From positions 3,060 to 67,059 of the forward strand of contig JAGOKS010000002.1 in NCBI GenBank assembly GCA_017994425.1: a DNA stretch of 64,000 bases. The letters run 5' to 3'. Position numbers and translations under genes: made by a program. This document shows, piece after piece, positions 28,411-38,201 of this stretch (the first letter of the stretch is position 1; each line of letters starts with the position of its first letter). Below the pieces are notes generated by a model, which worked only from the letters and a program-made list of their open reading frames with translations, was not told where the DNA came from and ran no database searches. Source of the DNA: Bacteroidales bacterium (GTDB lineage: Bacteria; Bacteroidota; Bacteroidia; Bacteroidales; WCHB1-69).

Positions 28411-29171
28411 AAAAATATATCATATTTATTTTTATAACTTCTTTGATTTTATCTTCTTGCAAGGTTTTTTTGCCATCGCGGATGTTAAAGGTTACATCAA
28501 AAGATCAAATTTCAACCTTTGATTCAACAGATGTTATAAAAGAATATAGAATTGCTCCAAATGACCTTCTGAAAATCAATGTTTATTATCAAAATGGAGA
28601 AGATTTTCTAGATATGTTTTCAATGGCAGATATAAGAACGATGACAACGGCAGCAAATCCAAATACCGGTATTGAGTTTTTAGTAGAATTTGACGGAAAA
28701 ATCAAATTACCTTATTTAGGTTATGTAAAAATTGACAGTATGACCATGCGTGAAGCAACACGTTTTTTAGAAGATTCCTATGCTAAATTTCTTAACAATC
28801 CCATGGTTCGACTTCAAGTAACAAATAAACGTGTAACTATTTTTCCGGGAGGTAGTGGTGGTTCGGCTAAAGTAATCAATTTAGTAAATAATAATACCAC
28901 TCTCATTGAAGCGCTCGCCCTTGCAGGTGGGATTAACGATGGAAAAGCATATAAAATTAAACTTATTCGTGGTGATTTAAAAAATCCTACTATTTATCAA
29001 ATTGATCTTTCTACCGTTGATGGGCTAAAACAAGCCGATTTGGTATTACAAGCCAATGATATTATTTATGTGGAACCAGCTAAAGTTGTAACACAATTTA
29101 TGAAAGAATTTAATCCCTATCTCTCTTTAGCTAACACCATTTTACTAGTTTTACAGCTCTTATTAAAATAA
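28407..29171 (+). CDS. Polysaccharide export protein (Wza-like)
   Basis: Lipoprotein signal (ILSSC). Poly_export/SLBB-like segments (NDLLKINVY; TLIEALALAGGI). ATGA start/stop overlap with pssA. Confidence 0.8.
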   Translation: MKKYIIFIFITSLILSSCKVFLPSRMLKVTSKDQISTFDSTDVIKEYRIAPNDLLKINVYYQNGEDFLDMFSMADIRTMTTAANPNTGIEFLVEFDGKIKLPYLGYVKIDSMTMREATRFLEDSYAKFLNNPMVRLQVTNKRVTIFPGGSGGSAKVINLVNNNTTLIEALALAGGINDGKAYKIKLIRGDLKNPTIYQIDLSTVDGLKQADLVLQANDIIYVEPAKVVTQFMKEFNPYLSLANTILLVLQLLLK

Positions 29172-29176
29172 CAATA

Positions 29177-31699
29177 ATGGAGAAAAAATTATCAAATATA
29201 AACAACGAAGAAATAAATTTTAAAATAATTTTTATTATTTTAAAGCGATATTGGTATGTACTTCCAAGTTTGCTTTTTATTGCTTTAATATCTTCCTTTT
29301 TATATCTTCGATTCACTCCAAGTATATATCAAGCCCGCACCGTCATTCAAGAAGAAAAAAACGACAATGAAGATATTTTGAAAAAAGCATTTAGCGGCGT
29401 TGCTACTCGTCGAATGGGAGAAAACGATATATTACAGAGTGTTAATTTAATTAAGTCTCCCATTTTCTTAAACCAAGTTTTAGATAATTTATCGCTAGAA
29501 GTTGATTATCATAGACGAAAAATAATTAGAGAAGTAGAACTCTTTCCTGAAAGACCCTTTGAAATTAAAAAAATTTATCTTAACCAAAAACTTTATAATA
29601 CTCCTATTGATATTACATTCCAGAATGAAAACAAAGGAGAAATTAGTTATATATTGAATGATGAAACATACATCTATTCATTTACGCTAAAAGATAATCA
29701 AAATATTATATATTCAACTCCGGACATACAATTTCAATTGCTTTTTAATGAACCTATTAAAAACTTACTTTCGTTATCTTATTTTATAGTAATTCCTGAT
29801 TCTATTTCAAAAAATAAAAAATATATAAAGAGTTTAAATGTTATTCCCGACCCTGAAGAATCCGGAAGTATTACCATCTCTTTACAACATACTTGTCCCA
29901 ATAAAGCAAGCATCATCGTAAATACCATTACACAAGAATTTCAAAACTTTTATTTGAAAAAAGAACAAGAAAGCTATACTAATATTCTGAAATACATTGA
30001 TGAACAATTATTGTTTTGGGAAGAAGAAGTTCAACGAGCTGAAAAAGAATTAGATGATTATAAGAAAAAACACAACATTGACCAAATCGAACTTTATCTT
30101 GAAAACATTGAAAAAATACAACCGGAATTAGAAGAAGCAGAAGAAAAATTAGCTGTTATTGAACAAAATGAGCGTGTGTTAAATAATATATTGACTATTT
30201 TAAAGAAAAGTCTTGATAATAAAGAAGAAATCGATATTTATTTATTGTTGGCTCAGATTATTGGTTCAGATTTTCAAAAATCATTAAATGCAACATTAGA
30301 AAATCTTCAAAAATTACTTATCGAAAAAGAAACACTTTTATACAATTATACTATCAATAGTGGTAAAATTAAACAGATTGACAATAATATAGAAACCCAA
30401 AAAAAATTGATTCAACAAGCGGTAAAAGTTTCATTAGAAAATTTACAAAAGGATAAAACCAAGTTAATTGAAGATATAAATCTTTATAGGGGATCTCTAT
30501 ATACACAACAGGATTATTCATTGATGATGGAATTAAAAAAACTTCAAAATTTAACAGAAGTAAGTACAATTTCTTATAACAAATTACTGGAAGCTAAAAT
30601 TTCATACTCAATAATTCGCGCAGGTGTTACTTCCCCTTTTATCGTATTGGAAAACGCCACCTCCGCCCTTGCTCCTATCTCTCCTAAAAGAAACATGACG
30701 TTTCTTATTAGTGTTATTATTGCACTCGGACTTGGTTTTGGATTTCTATTTTTAAAATATTTATTTTATAATGAAATCCGAGATGTCGAAGATATTACTA
30801 ATTATACTGATATTCCTTTCTTGGGAAGTATTCCTAAATATACCGATAAAAGTTTTGAAACTTCTCAAATGATTGTTGATAAATATCCGAAATCAGCGAT
30901 TGCAGAATCCATGCGTAAACTACGCACTAATTTGCAATTTATTAATAATCAGGAAGGAGCTAAAATAATATCCATTACTTCTACTATTCCCGGTGAAGGA
31001 AAAACCTTTGTGGCTATCAATCTATCCGCTATTATCACATATTCAGGGAAAAAAGTTATTATTTTAGACTTAGATATGAGAAAACCTAAAATTCATAAAG
31101 CTTTTGATAGCTCTGAAAATTCCATTACCAATACAAAAGGAATGAGTAATATCTTAGCCGGAACTCATAACTGGGAAGAGTGTGTAAAAGAAAGTCGATT
31201 AAAAAATTTATTTTTTATTACTGCAGGAAATATTCCCCCTAACCCTTCAGAACTAATATTATCTGAAAAGATGAAAATAATTATTGAAGATTTAAAAAAA
31301 TCTTTTGATTATATTGTTATTGATAATCCACCTATCGGGTTATTGGCAGATGCCATGTATAGTTTACAAATTGCAGATTATCCAATATATATATTGCGTT
31401 CGATGTATTCCTATCGCCCATTTATTTTAACAATGGAAAATTTAAAGAAAAATTGCAATGTAAACAATTTATCTTTTGTATTAAATGATGTAAGTCATTC
31501 TTCACATGGAAACTATGGTGGGTATGGTTATGGTAATTATGGAAAATACGGCTATGGAAAATACGGCTATGGTGGGTATGGAATATACGGTTCATATGGC
31601 TATACCTACGGTGATAATACATCTAAAAAGAAAAAATCATTTTATAGATTGCAAAAATTAAGAATTTATAGAAAATTCAAAAGAATTATCAATAAATAA
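29177..31699 (+). CDS. Wzc-like chain-length determinant / BY-tyrosine kinase
   Basis: Two TMs flank a coiled-coil periplasmic domain. Walker A SPGEGKTF (written here from TSTIPGEGKTF), Walker A' ILDLDMRKP and Walker B DYIVIDNPP. C-terminal Tyr cluster. Confidence 0.85.
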   Translation: MEKKLSNINNEEINFKIIFIILKRYWYVLPSLLFIALISSFLYLRFTPSIYQARTVIQEEKNDNEDILKKAFSGVATRRMGENDILQSVNLIKSPIFLNQVLDNLSLEVDYHRRKIIREVELFPERPFEIKKIYLNQKLYNTPIDITFQNENKGEISYILNDETYIYSFTLKDNQNIIYSTPDIQFQLLFNEPIKNLLSLSYFIVIPDSISKNKKYIKSLNVIPDPEESGSITISLQHTCPNKASIIVNTITQEFQNFYLKKEQESYTNILKYIDEQLLFWEEEVQRAEKELDDYKKKHNIDQIELYLENIEKIQPELEEAEEKLAVIEQNERVLNNILTILKKSLDNKEEIDIYLLLAQIIGSDFQKSLNATLENLQKLLIEKETLLYNYTINSGKIKQIDNNIETQKKLIQQAVKVSLENLQKDKTKLIEDINLYRGSLYTQQDYSLMMELKKLQNLTEVSTISYNKLLEAKISYSIIRAGVTSPFIVLENATSALAPISPKRNMTFLISVIIALGLGFGFLFLKYLFYNEIRDVEDITNYTDIPFLGSIPKYTDKSFETSQMIVDKYPKSAIAESMRKLRTNLQFINNQEGAKIISITSTIPGEGKTFVAINLSAIITYSGKKVIILDLDMRKPKIHKAFDSSENSITNTKGMSNILAGTHNWEECVKESRLKNLFFITAGNIPPNPSELILSEKMKIIIEDLKKSFDYIVIDNPPIGLLADAMYSLQIADYPIYILRSMYSYRPFILTMENLKKNCNVNNLSFVLNDVSHSSHGNYGGYGYGNYGKYGYGKYGYGGYGIYGSYGYTYGDNTSKKKKSFYRLQKLRIYRKFKRIINK
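31505..31612 (+). repeat. Gly-Tyr low-complexity tail coding region with an exact 15-bp tandem duplication
   Basis: Encodes HGNYGGYGYGNYGKYGYGKYGYGGYGIYGSYGYTYG. GGAAAATACGGCTAT occurs twice in tandem (31541-31555 and 31556-31570). Confidence 0.9.
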
Positions 31700-31702
31700 T
31701 TT

Positions 31703-32245
31703 ATGAAAATTATACCAACATCTATCTCTGATTTATTAATAATTCATCCAACGATTTATAAAGACCCTCGAGGATATTTTTTTGAATCATATAACAAACA
31801 AATCTTTGCTTCCTATGGACTTATGGCAGATTTTGTTCAAGATAACCAATCATTATCTGCTAAAAACGTTATTCGAGGATTACATTTTCAACGGCCTCCT
31901 TATGCACAAACGAAGTTAGTACGAGTTATTTCCGGTGCTGTAATGGATGTTGCCGTTGATATTAGGAAAGATTCTCCTTATTTCGGTAAATACGTAAGCG
32001 TTTTGTTAACTGCTGCTGAAAACACTATGTTTTGGATTCCTGAAGGCTTCGCTCATGGCTTTATTGCCTTAGAAAACAATACTATACTTCATTATAAAAC
32101 CTCAAATTATTACAACAACGAGTCGGAAAATGCACTTTTATGGAATGATATCAACTTAAACATTGATTGGGGAATTTCTAATCCTATTATTTCTACAAAA
32201 GATGCTTGCGCTGCTTCTTTTGAAAATTTTATAAGTCCTTTTTAA
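31703..32245 (+). CDS. rfbC: dTDP-4-dehydrorhamnose 3,5-epimerase
   Basis: 180 aa. Motifs DPRGYFFE, RGLHFQ and PEGFAHGF. Confidence 0.92.
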   Translation: MKIIPTSISDLLIIHPTIYKDPRGYFFESYNKQIFASYGLMADFVQDNQSLSAKNVIRGLHFQRPPYAQTKLVRVISGAVMDVAVDIRKDSPYFGKYVSVLLTAAENTMFWIPEGFAHGFIALENNTILHYKTSNYYNNESENALLWNDINLNIDWGISNPIISTKDACAASFENFISPF

Positions 32246-32258
32246 ATTCATCGCACCC

Positions 32259-32972
32259 TTATAATTCCAGTATTTCACATGCCATCATTGCAGCATGTTG
32301 CTCTGCAGCTTTTATGGAATAATCACAGCCTTCGGAAATATATTGATCCTCAATAAATAGTTGCACAATATATTGTTTTCTATTTTTATTACTAATTTCT
32401 TGTGAAATTTTATATTCTACTTTGTTTTTAACTTTTTGAGACCAAGCAAGTAATTTTCCTTTGTAATTAGTATTTATTTTTGCAATTAAGTCAATATCAA
32501 GATAAATATTAATAATTTTTTCAATAATAAGTTTTTTTACGCACTCATACCCTTTATCCAAATAAACAGCTCCAATAAAAGATTCGAATACATCTCCAAT
32601 AATAGATTCACAGATTTGTAAATCACAACCATTTGTTTTAATAAATAACTCTAAGCCTATATTTCGACTTAACTTATTCAATTGATTAGCATTAACTATA
32701 CGTGAACGCAATTCACTTAAAAATCCTTCTCTGGCAAACGGATATTTTTTATAGAGAAATTCTGCTATAATTGCATTTAAAACAGCATCTCCGAGATATT
32801 CAAGTCTTTCATTATTGTTTTCATTTTTTTCATCAGTAATAATGGATTTATGAATAAAAGCTTGTTTATATAATAATAAATGATTGGGTTTAAACCCAAA
32901 AGAATTTTTAATATAAGATTGTAAATTTTTTTCTTCTTTTGAAATAAAAAAACTACAAAAATTAATCTTCAT
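32259..32972 (-). CDS. rnc: Ribonuclease III
   Basis: RNase III signature ERLEYLGDAVL plus a C-terminal dsRBD. I use the start at internal Met (MKINF...), not the track's 33035, which would overlap fabF by 74 nt. Confidence 0.88.
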   Translation of the reverse strand: MKINFCSFFISKEEKNLQSYIKNSFGFKPNHLLLYKQAFIHKSIITDEKNENNNERLEYLGDAVLNAIIAEFLYKKYPFAREGFLSELRSRIVNANQLNKLSRNIGLELFIKTNGCDLQICESIIGDVFESFIGAVYLDKGYECVKKLIIEKIINIYLDIDLIAKINTNYKGKLLAWSQKVKNKVEYKISQEISNKNRKQYIVQLFIEDQYISEGCDYSIKAAEQHAAMMACEILEL

Positions 32973-34218
32973 ATTTTTTAAAAACCAATGATGTATTTTG
33001 ACCGCCAAAACCAAATGAATTTGAAATTGCCACATTTATTTTATGGCTTTGGGAATGATTAAAGACGACATTTAATTTTTTATCAAATGTTTCATCATAT
33101 TCAAAATGATTAATAGTAGGAGGAATGATGTCATTCTTAATGGAAAGAACTGTAGCAATAGATTCCACGACACCGGCTGCTCCTAAAAGATGACCAATCA
33201 TTGATTTTATAGCAGTAAGTTTTATATTAAAAGTATGTTCTCCAAACAAAGACACTATTGCTTTTGTTTCTGTTATATCACCTTGTATAGTAGATGTGCC
33301 ATGCATATTAATATGATCGACAGAAAGGATAGGTAAATTAGCATCTTCTAAAGCATTCTTCATGGCTAATTTAGCTCCTTCACCTTCAGGATGAGGAGAC
33401 GCAATATGAAATGCATCCGCCGATAATCCTACCCCTACCAATTCTGCATAAATAGTAGCTTTCCTCGCTTTTGCATGCTCCAAACTTTCTAAAATAATTG
33501 CTCCTGCACCTTCCCCAACTACAAATCCATCTCTATTTTTATCAAAGGGACGGGAAGCAGTTTGAGGATCATCGTTTCGTCTGGATATAGCACCCATTCC
33601 ATTAAATCCTGCAATTGTTAATTTATTAATTGGCGATTCAGTACCTCCTGCTACAATAATATTTGCTTTACCTAATCGAATATAATTGAATGCATCAGCA
33701 ATAGCATTTGCCGAGGAGGCACATGCTGAAGAAGTAATATAATTTAATCCTTTAAATCCGTATCTGATAGCAATATGACCGGCAGCAATATTTCCTATTA
33801 CTTTTGTTAATAAAAAGGGACCGTAATTTGGAACGACTTCGCCTGCTAAAATACTTTTTTCCGTTTCATGACTTAAACTTGTAAATCCTCCCATTCCGGT
33901 ACCAACAATAACACCAACTTTTTCTAAATTAACGGCTTTTAAATCAATATTAGAATCAATAATTGCTTCATCAGCTGCCGCAATAATATATTGGGAAAAC
34001 AAATCCAATTTCCGGGCTTCTTTTAATTCAACCCAGTTTAAAATATCGAAGTTTTTAATTTCACAAGCAAAAGTGGTTTTAAACAGCGATGCATCAAAAT
34101 GTCGAATTGGATAAGCCCCACTTACTCCTAAAAGTAAATTATTCCAAAATTCTTTAGTATTATTCCCTATAGGAGTAAGTGATCCTAATCCTGTGATTAC
34201 AACTCTGTTCAATTCCAT
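32962..34218 (-). CDS. fabF: Beta-ketoacyl-ACP synthase II
   Basis: Active-site SSACASS, HGTST and GHLLGAAG. Confidence 0.95.
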   Translation of the reverse strand: MELNRVVITGLGSLTPIGNNTKEFWNNLLLGVSGAYPIRHFDASLFKTTFACEIKNFDILNWVELKEARKLDLFSQYIIAAADEAIIDSNIDLKAVNLEKVGVIVGTGMGGFTSLSHETEKSILAGEVVPNYGPFLLTKVIGNIAAGHIAIRYGFKGLNYITSSACASSANAIADAFNYIRLGKANIIVAGGTESPINKLTIAGFNGMGAISRRNDDPQTASRPFDKNRDGFVVGEGAGAIILESLEHAKARKATIYAELVGVGLSADAFHIASPHPEGEGAKLAMKNALEDANLPILSVDHINMHGTSTIQGDITETKAIVSLFGEHTFNIKLTAIKSMIGHLLGAAGVVESIATVLSIKNDIIPPTINHFEYDETFDKKLNVVFNHSQSHKINVAISNSFGFGGQNTSLVFKKYED

Positions 34219-34232
34219 AAAGAGATAGAAAA

Positions 34233-34469
34233 CTATTTTTCTATAGCTTCTTTTACAAAATTAATGGCATCGCCAACGGTTACAATCTTATCCTGATCGC
34301 CTTCAGGAATTTTAATTTTGAATTCATTTTCAAAAACCATTAATAGCTCCACATTGTCTAATGAATCTGCTCCAAGATCATTTACAAAACTCTTATCAGG
34401 AGTTACTTCTGCAATATCTCTTCCTAATTTGTCAGCAACAATTGCTATTACTTTTTCTTCAATGTTCAT
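34233..34469 (-). CDS. acpP: Acyl carrier protein
   Basis: 78 aa with the phosphopantetheine site LGADSLD. Confidence 0.95.
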   Translation of the reverse strand: MNIEEKVIAIVADKLGRDIAEVTPDKSFVNDLGADSLDNVELLMVFENEFKIKIPEGDQDKIVTVGDAINFVKEAIEK

Positions 34470-34496
34470 AACCTTAATTTTTTAAATTTTGTGTTG

Positions 34497-34504
34497 CAAA
34501 AGTA
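34497..34504 (-). promoter_or_regulatory. -7 promoter box (TACTTTTG on minus strand) for acpP-fabF-rnc
   Basis: The plus strand reads CAAAAGTA within TTGCAAAAGTACATTTTTTTT. Confidence 0.55.
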
Positions 34505-34638
34505 CATTTTTTTTACATAAGTGAAGCTTTTTTATTTATTTTTATTTAAAAGCTCAATATTTCATTAAATATCAATAAAAAAGATTTACTAAAAAAATAT
34601 ATTCTTTTGTTCTTACAAATAAAAATTATATTTTTGCA

Positions 34639-34646
34639 CATAATTT
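34639..34646 (+). promoter_or_regulatory. -7 promoter box (TATTTTTG) for the YfcC-like transporter gene
   Basis: Matches TAnnTTTG, 52 nt upstream of the ATG at 34698. Confidence 0.4.
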
Positions 34647-34697
34647 TTGCTGTTTTTTATTTTTTATTATTGATTTTTTTCTTAATAATTATCTCCA

Positions 34698-36311
34698 ATG
34701 TCCATAAAAAAATCTTTTTTTATAATCCCCCATACCTTTACTATTGTTTTTATAATTATTGTAATTTCCTCTATTTTAACATGGATTATTCCTGCAGGAG
34801 AATTTGAAAGGGAAATTCATGTTTTTGATGGTAATTCTCGTGAAATAGTAATTCCAGATTCCTATCATAGTGTTGAAAATGTCCCTCAAACATGGCAAGT
34901 GTTTTCAGCTTTCTTTAAAGGTTTTGTTAAAACCTCAAATATTATAGTGTTTATTTTAATGATAGGAGGCGCTTTTTGGATATTAAATTTTACCAAAGCT
35001 ATTGATATAGGAATCTTGTCTTTTTTAAAAATAATAAAAAAAATTCAAAAGAATCGGCTTTTTAAACATATTAATATAAATAGTATCATCATTACCAGTA
35101 TAATGATTGTATTTAGTTTATTCGGAGCAATATTCGGCATGAGTGAAGAAACATTGGCCTTTATTATTATTTTTGTACCATTATCTATTTCAATGGGATA
35201 TGATTCAATTGTTGGGATGGCAATTTGCTATCTTGCTGCTCATATCGGTTTCGCTGGTGGTATTTTTAATCCTTTTACAATTGGCATAGCACAAGGATTT
35301 GCACATATTCCATTGTTTTCCGGTTTTGAATATCGTTTTATTTGTTGGTGTATATTTACTACTATAGGAATTTTATTTGTGCTTTGGTATGCAAATAAAA
35401 TCAAGAAAAATCCTAAAAAATCATTAACGTATCACATTGATAACTACTGGCGTGAAAGAAGTAAATCAGATAATTTAGAAAAAGTCTCCTATTTTACATC
35501 GATTACAGCCTGGATATTATGGATTGTTCTATCATTCTTATTTATCTATTTATCATTCCTATTTCCTCAAACAGAAATTAAGTTAAGTCATCAATTATTT
35601 TCTCTCCCTGCGTTTCCAATCACTACGGTTTTATTTATGTTATTAGGATTTCTCAGTTTAAAAAAAAGTGTGCATTTTTTTATACTATTGTTGTTATTTT
35701 TAACTATTTGGATGCTTATAATTGGAGTCCTAGGCTATGAATGGTACATTATGGAAATAGCTACATTATTTTTTTCATTGGGAATTTTTACAGGCATTGC
35801 CTACAATTGCTCCCTAGATAAAATAATGAAATTATTTTTAGAAGGGAATAAAGATATTATGAATGCAGCTTTAATTGTTGGTTTAGCAGGAGGTATTATC
35901 GTCATTTTACAAGACGGAAAAATTATTGATACTATTTTGAATAATATGACTCTCTCAATGCAAGGATTAAGTGAAGCGGGTACAATAGGAGGGATGTATG
36001 CTTTTCAAACATTATTAAATTTAATTATACCTTCCGGGTCTGCTAAAGCAGCTTTAACGATACCAATAATGTCTCAATTCGCTGATTTACTCCATATATC
36101 CCGTCAATCTATGGTATTAGCTTTTCAATTTGGTGATGGAATAACCAATATGTTTACTCCTGCTTCGGGAGTATTAATAGGTTGTTTAGGTATTGCCCGA
36201 ATTCCTTATACTATTTGGATTAAATGGATTTTTAAATTTTTAATTGTTCTTATCATATTGGGGTTTTTACTGTTACTTCCTCCTTTATATCTTAATATCA
36301 ATGGCTTTTAG
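34698..36311 (+). CDS. YfcC/DcuC-type anion or amino-acid transporter family membrane protein
   Basis: 537 aa with more than 10 TMs. The N-terminus (IIPHTFTIVFIIIVISSILTWIIPAGEFER) is characteristic of the YfcC family. Confidence 0.65.
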   Translation: MSIKKSFFIIPHTFTIVFIIIVISSILTWIIPAGEFEREIHVFDGNSREIVIPDSYHSVENVPQTWQVFSAFFKGFVKTSNIIVFILMIGGAFWILNFTKAIDIGILSFLKIIKKIQKNRLFKHININSIIITSIMIVFSLFGAIFGMSEETLAFIIIFVPLSISMGYDSIVGMAICYLAAHIGFAGGIFNPFTIGIAQGFAHIPLFSGFEYRFICWCIFTTIGILFVLWYANKIKKNPKKSLTYHIDNYWRERSKSDNLEKVSYFTSITAWILWIVLSFLFIYLSFLFPQTEIKLSHQLFSLPAFPITTVLFMLLGFLSLKKSVHFFILLLLFLTIWMLIIGVLGYEWYIMEIATLFFSLGIFTGIAYNCSLDKIMKLFLEGNKDIMNAALIVGLAGGIIVILQDGKIIDTILNNMTLSMQGLSEAGTIGGMYAFQTLLNLIIPSGSAKAALTIPIMSQFADLLHISRQSMVLAFQFGDGITNMFTPASGVLIGCLGIARIPYTIWIKWIFKFLIVLIILGFLLLLPPLYLNINGF

Positions 36312-36352
36312 ATTTTTTTCATAAATAACTCTTTTCTATAAGATATTTTTTG

Positions 36353-36360
36353 TACTTTTG
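36353..36360 (+). promoter_or_regulatory. -7 promoter box (TACTTTTG) for buk
   Basis: TTTTTTGTACTTTTGCTG, 21 nt upstream of the ATG at 36381. Confidence 0.55.
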
Positions 36361-36380
36361 CTGCTCAAAAGTGATAAAAA

Positions 36381-37487
36381 ATGCAAGAAAAAGTAAAAAT
36401 TTTAGCGATTAATCCGGGTTCTACCTCCACAAAGGTAGCTGTTTTTGAATTAGATATCCATGCTAAGGATAGTAACAAGGAAATTATCTCTTTGTTTTCA
36501 AAAAACATAAAACATAGTTTAGAGCAAATTAATAAATTTGCTCGCATTGTCGACCAATACAAATGGCGAAAAGAAAACATTCTTGAGGCATTAATTGAAA
36601 ATAATATCAATCTAAAAGATATTAAATATGTTATAGGTCGTGGTGGGTTGGTAAAAAGTATTTCTTCGGGAATTTTCAAGGTAAATGAAGCTATGAAGCA
36701 CGATTTGTTAATCGGTTATGCAGGTGAACATGCGTGTAATTTAGGAGGTCTTATTGCCGAAGACCTTGCGTGTAATTTAAATGTTGAAGCATATATTGCA
36801 GATCCTGTCGTTGTTGATGAAATGATTCCCATTGCCAAAGTAGCAGGACACCCCTATTTTCAACGAAAACCTATTTTTCATGCGTTGAATCAAAAAGCCA
36901 TTGCACGAATTTATGCTCGTCAAATTGAGAAAAAATACGAAGATTTAAATCTTATCGTAGCTCATATGGGTGGAGGTATTAGCATTGGCGTTCACGCCAA
37001 AGGATTAGTTATTGATGTTAATCAAGCGTTAAACGGAGAGGGACCATTCTCTCCCGAACGGAGCGGTTCTTTACCGGTTATTGATGTAATTAAAGCCTGT
37101 TTTAGTGGGAAATTTACTCAAGAAGAACTTAATAAAATGATTGTAGGGAAAGGTGGATATGTTGCTTATTTAGGGACTAACGATGCTCTTGAAATAGAAA
37201 ATCGCATGAAAAATGGAGATAAAGACGCTGATTTTTACCACGCTGCAATGGCTTATCAAATTGCAAAAGAAATAGGTGCCGCATCAACGGTTTTAGAAGG
37301 AAAAGTAGATGCCATTTTACTAACAGGTGGCTTAGCATACGATAAATTTTTTATTGAAAGAATTTCTTCTAAAATAAAACATTTAGGTTCTATTCATACA
37401 TTCCCCGGTGAAGATGAAATGAATGCATTAGCATTTAATGTATTTTTAATGTTGAAAGGCGAAATTCCTTTAAAAGAATATAAATAA
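36381..37487 (+). CDS. buk: Butyrate kinase
   Basis: 368 aa. ASKHA N-terminus ILAINPGSTSTKVAVFE, plus HMGGGIS and GGLAYD. Confidence 0.9.
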   Translation: MQEKVKILAINPGSTSTKVAVFELDIHAKDSNKEIISLFSKNIKHSLEQINKFARIVDQYKWRKENILEALIENNINLKDIKYVIGRGGLVKSISSGIFKVNEAMKHDLLIGYAGEHACNLGGLIAEDLACNLNVEAYIADPVVVDEMIPIAKVAGHPYFQRKPIFHALNQKAIARIYARQIEKKYEDLNLIVAHMGGGISIGVHAKGLVIDVNQALNGEGPFSPERSGSLPVIDVIKACFSGKFTQEELNKMIVGKGGYVAYLGTNDALEIENRMKNGDKDADFYHAAMAYQIAKEIGAASTVLEGKVDAILLTGGLAYDKFFIERISSKIKHLGSIHTFPGEDEMNALAFNVFLMLKGEIPLKEYK

Positions 37488-37500
37488 TTTTTTATTTTTA

Positions 37501-38145
37501 CTATTTTTCAACCAAACTACAATTCTTTAACTCGCATTTTGTTGACGTTGTACTATCTGTTTTCTCTACTATAGTATCCCCATCTTCAATGATTCTAAAT
37601 GAACCTTCAGGCATTAATAAGGTATCAGAGTTATTTGCACTTTTATCCAAAAGGACAATACCTAAATAACAATCAATAAATCCATCTTCTTTTTTTGTAC
37701 CGGTAAGGATTAATGCCGCTTTATATCTTACCCCTGTATAATGATGCCCCTTTACCGTAAAATAAGCCGTGAAATGTTGATCCTTACCTACTAAACAAGC
37801 ATTTTCACAACTATCAATACGCATAATGGAATTATCGCCAACAAATTTTATGAAAGAATTTTTCCCCTCTTGATTTTGAAGTGATAATTTAAAATGATAA
37901 TCCGAAAGAGAATCTATCAAACTGCTTTGAAAAGATGAATACAAAATCCGACAAGGGGAAAAAACATAAGATCCTTCAAGCATCGGAGGCGTATCTCCTT
38001 CATAAAGTGGTATTTGTTCAGAAATAGCATCTAAAATATCAGCTGGAATCATTTCATTCAATGATTTAAATTCATCTTTACGGCAAGCTGCTAAGACTAA
38101 GCCGCAAACCATACTGTATACTATATATTTTTTAAATCTGAACAT
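37501..38145 (-). CDS. Hypothetical lipoprotein
   Basis: I set the start at the internal Met (MFRFKKYIVYSMVCGLVLAAC), which gives a signal peptide with a lipobox Cys. No recognisable domain. Confidence 0.55.
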   Translation of the reverse strand: MFRFKKYIVYSMVCGLVLAACRKDEFKSLNEMIPADILDAISEQIPLYEGDTPPMLEGSYVFSPCRILYSSFQSSLIDSLSDYHFKLSLQNQEGKNSFIKFVGDNSIMRIDSCENACLVGKDQHFTAYFTVKGHHYTGVRYKAALILTGTKKEDGFIDCYLGIVLLDKSANNSDTLLMPEGSFRIIEDGDTIVEKTDSTTSTKCELKNCSLVEK

Positions 38146-38201
38146 CCTTAATTTTTTGTTACAAAAATATAAAATAATAAAAGATGAATTCAAAGGTATT
38201 A

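Noticed and set aside
31505-31612. The GY-coding repeat as a non-coding microsatellite or a sequencing artefact.
   Set aside because: It is in frame within the Wzc-like ORF and corresponds to the expected BY-kinase Tyr cluster.
32973-33035. Longer rnc start at 33035.
   Set aside because: It would overlap the fabF 3' end by 74 nt, and the added residues (MWQFQIHLVLAVKIHHWFLKN) have no RNase III counterpart. I prefer the internal Met at 32972.
38146-38193. Longer start for the 37501 lipoprotein (MNSSFIILYFCNKKLR...).
   Set aside because: The internal Met gives a canonical signal peptide with a lipobox. The extension would bury it.
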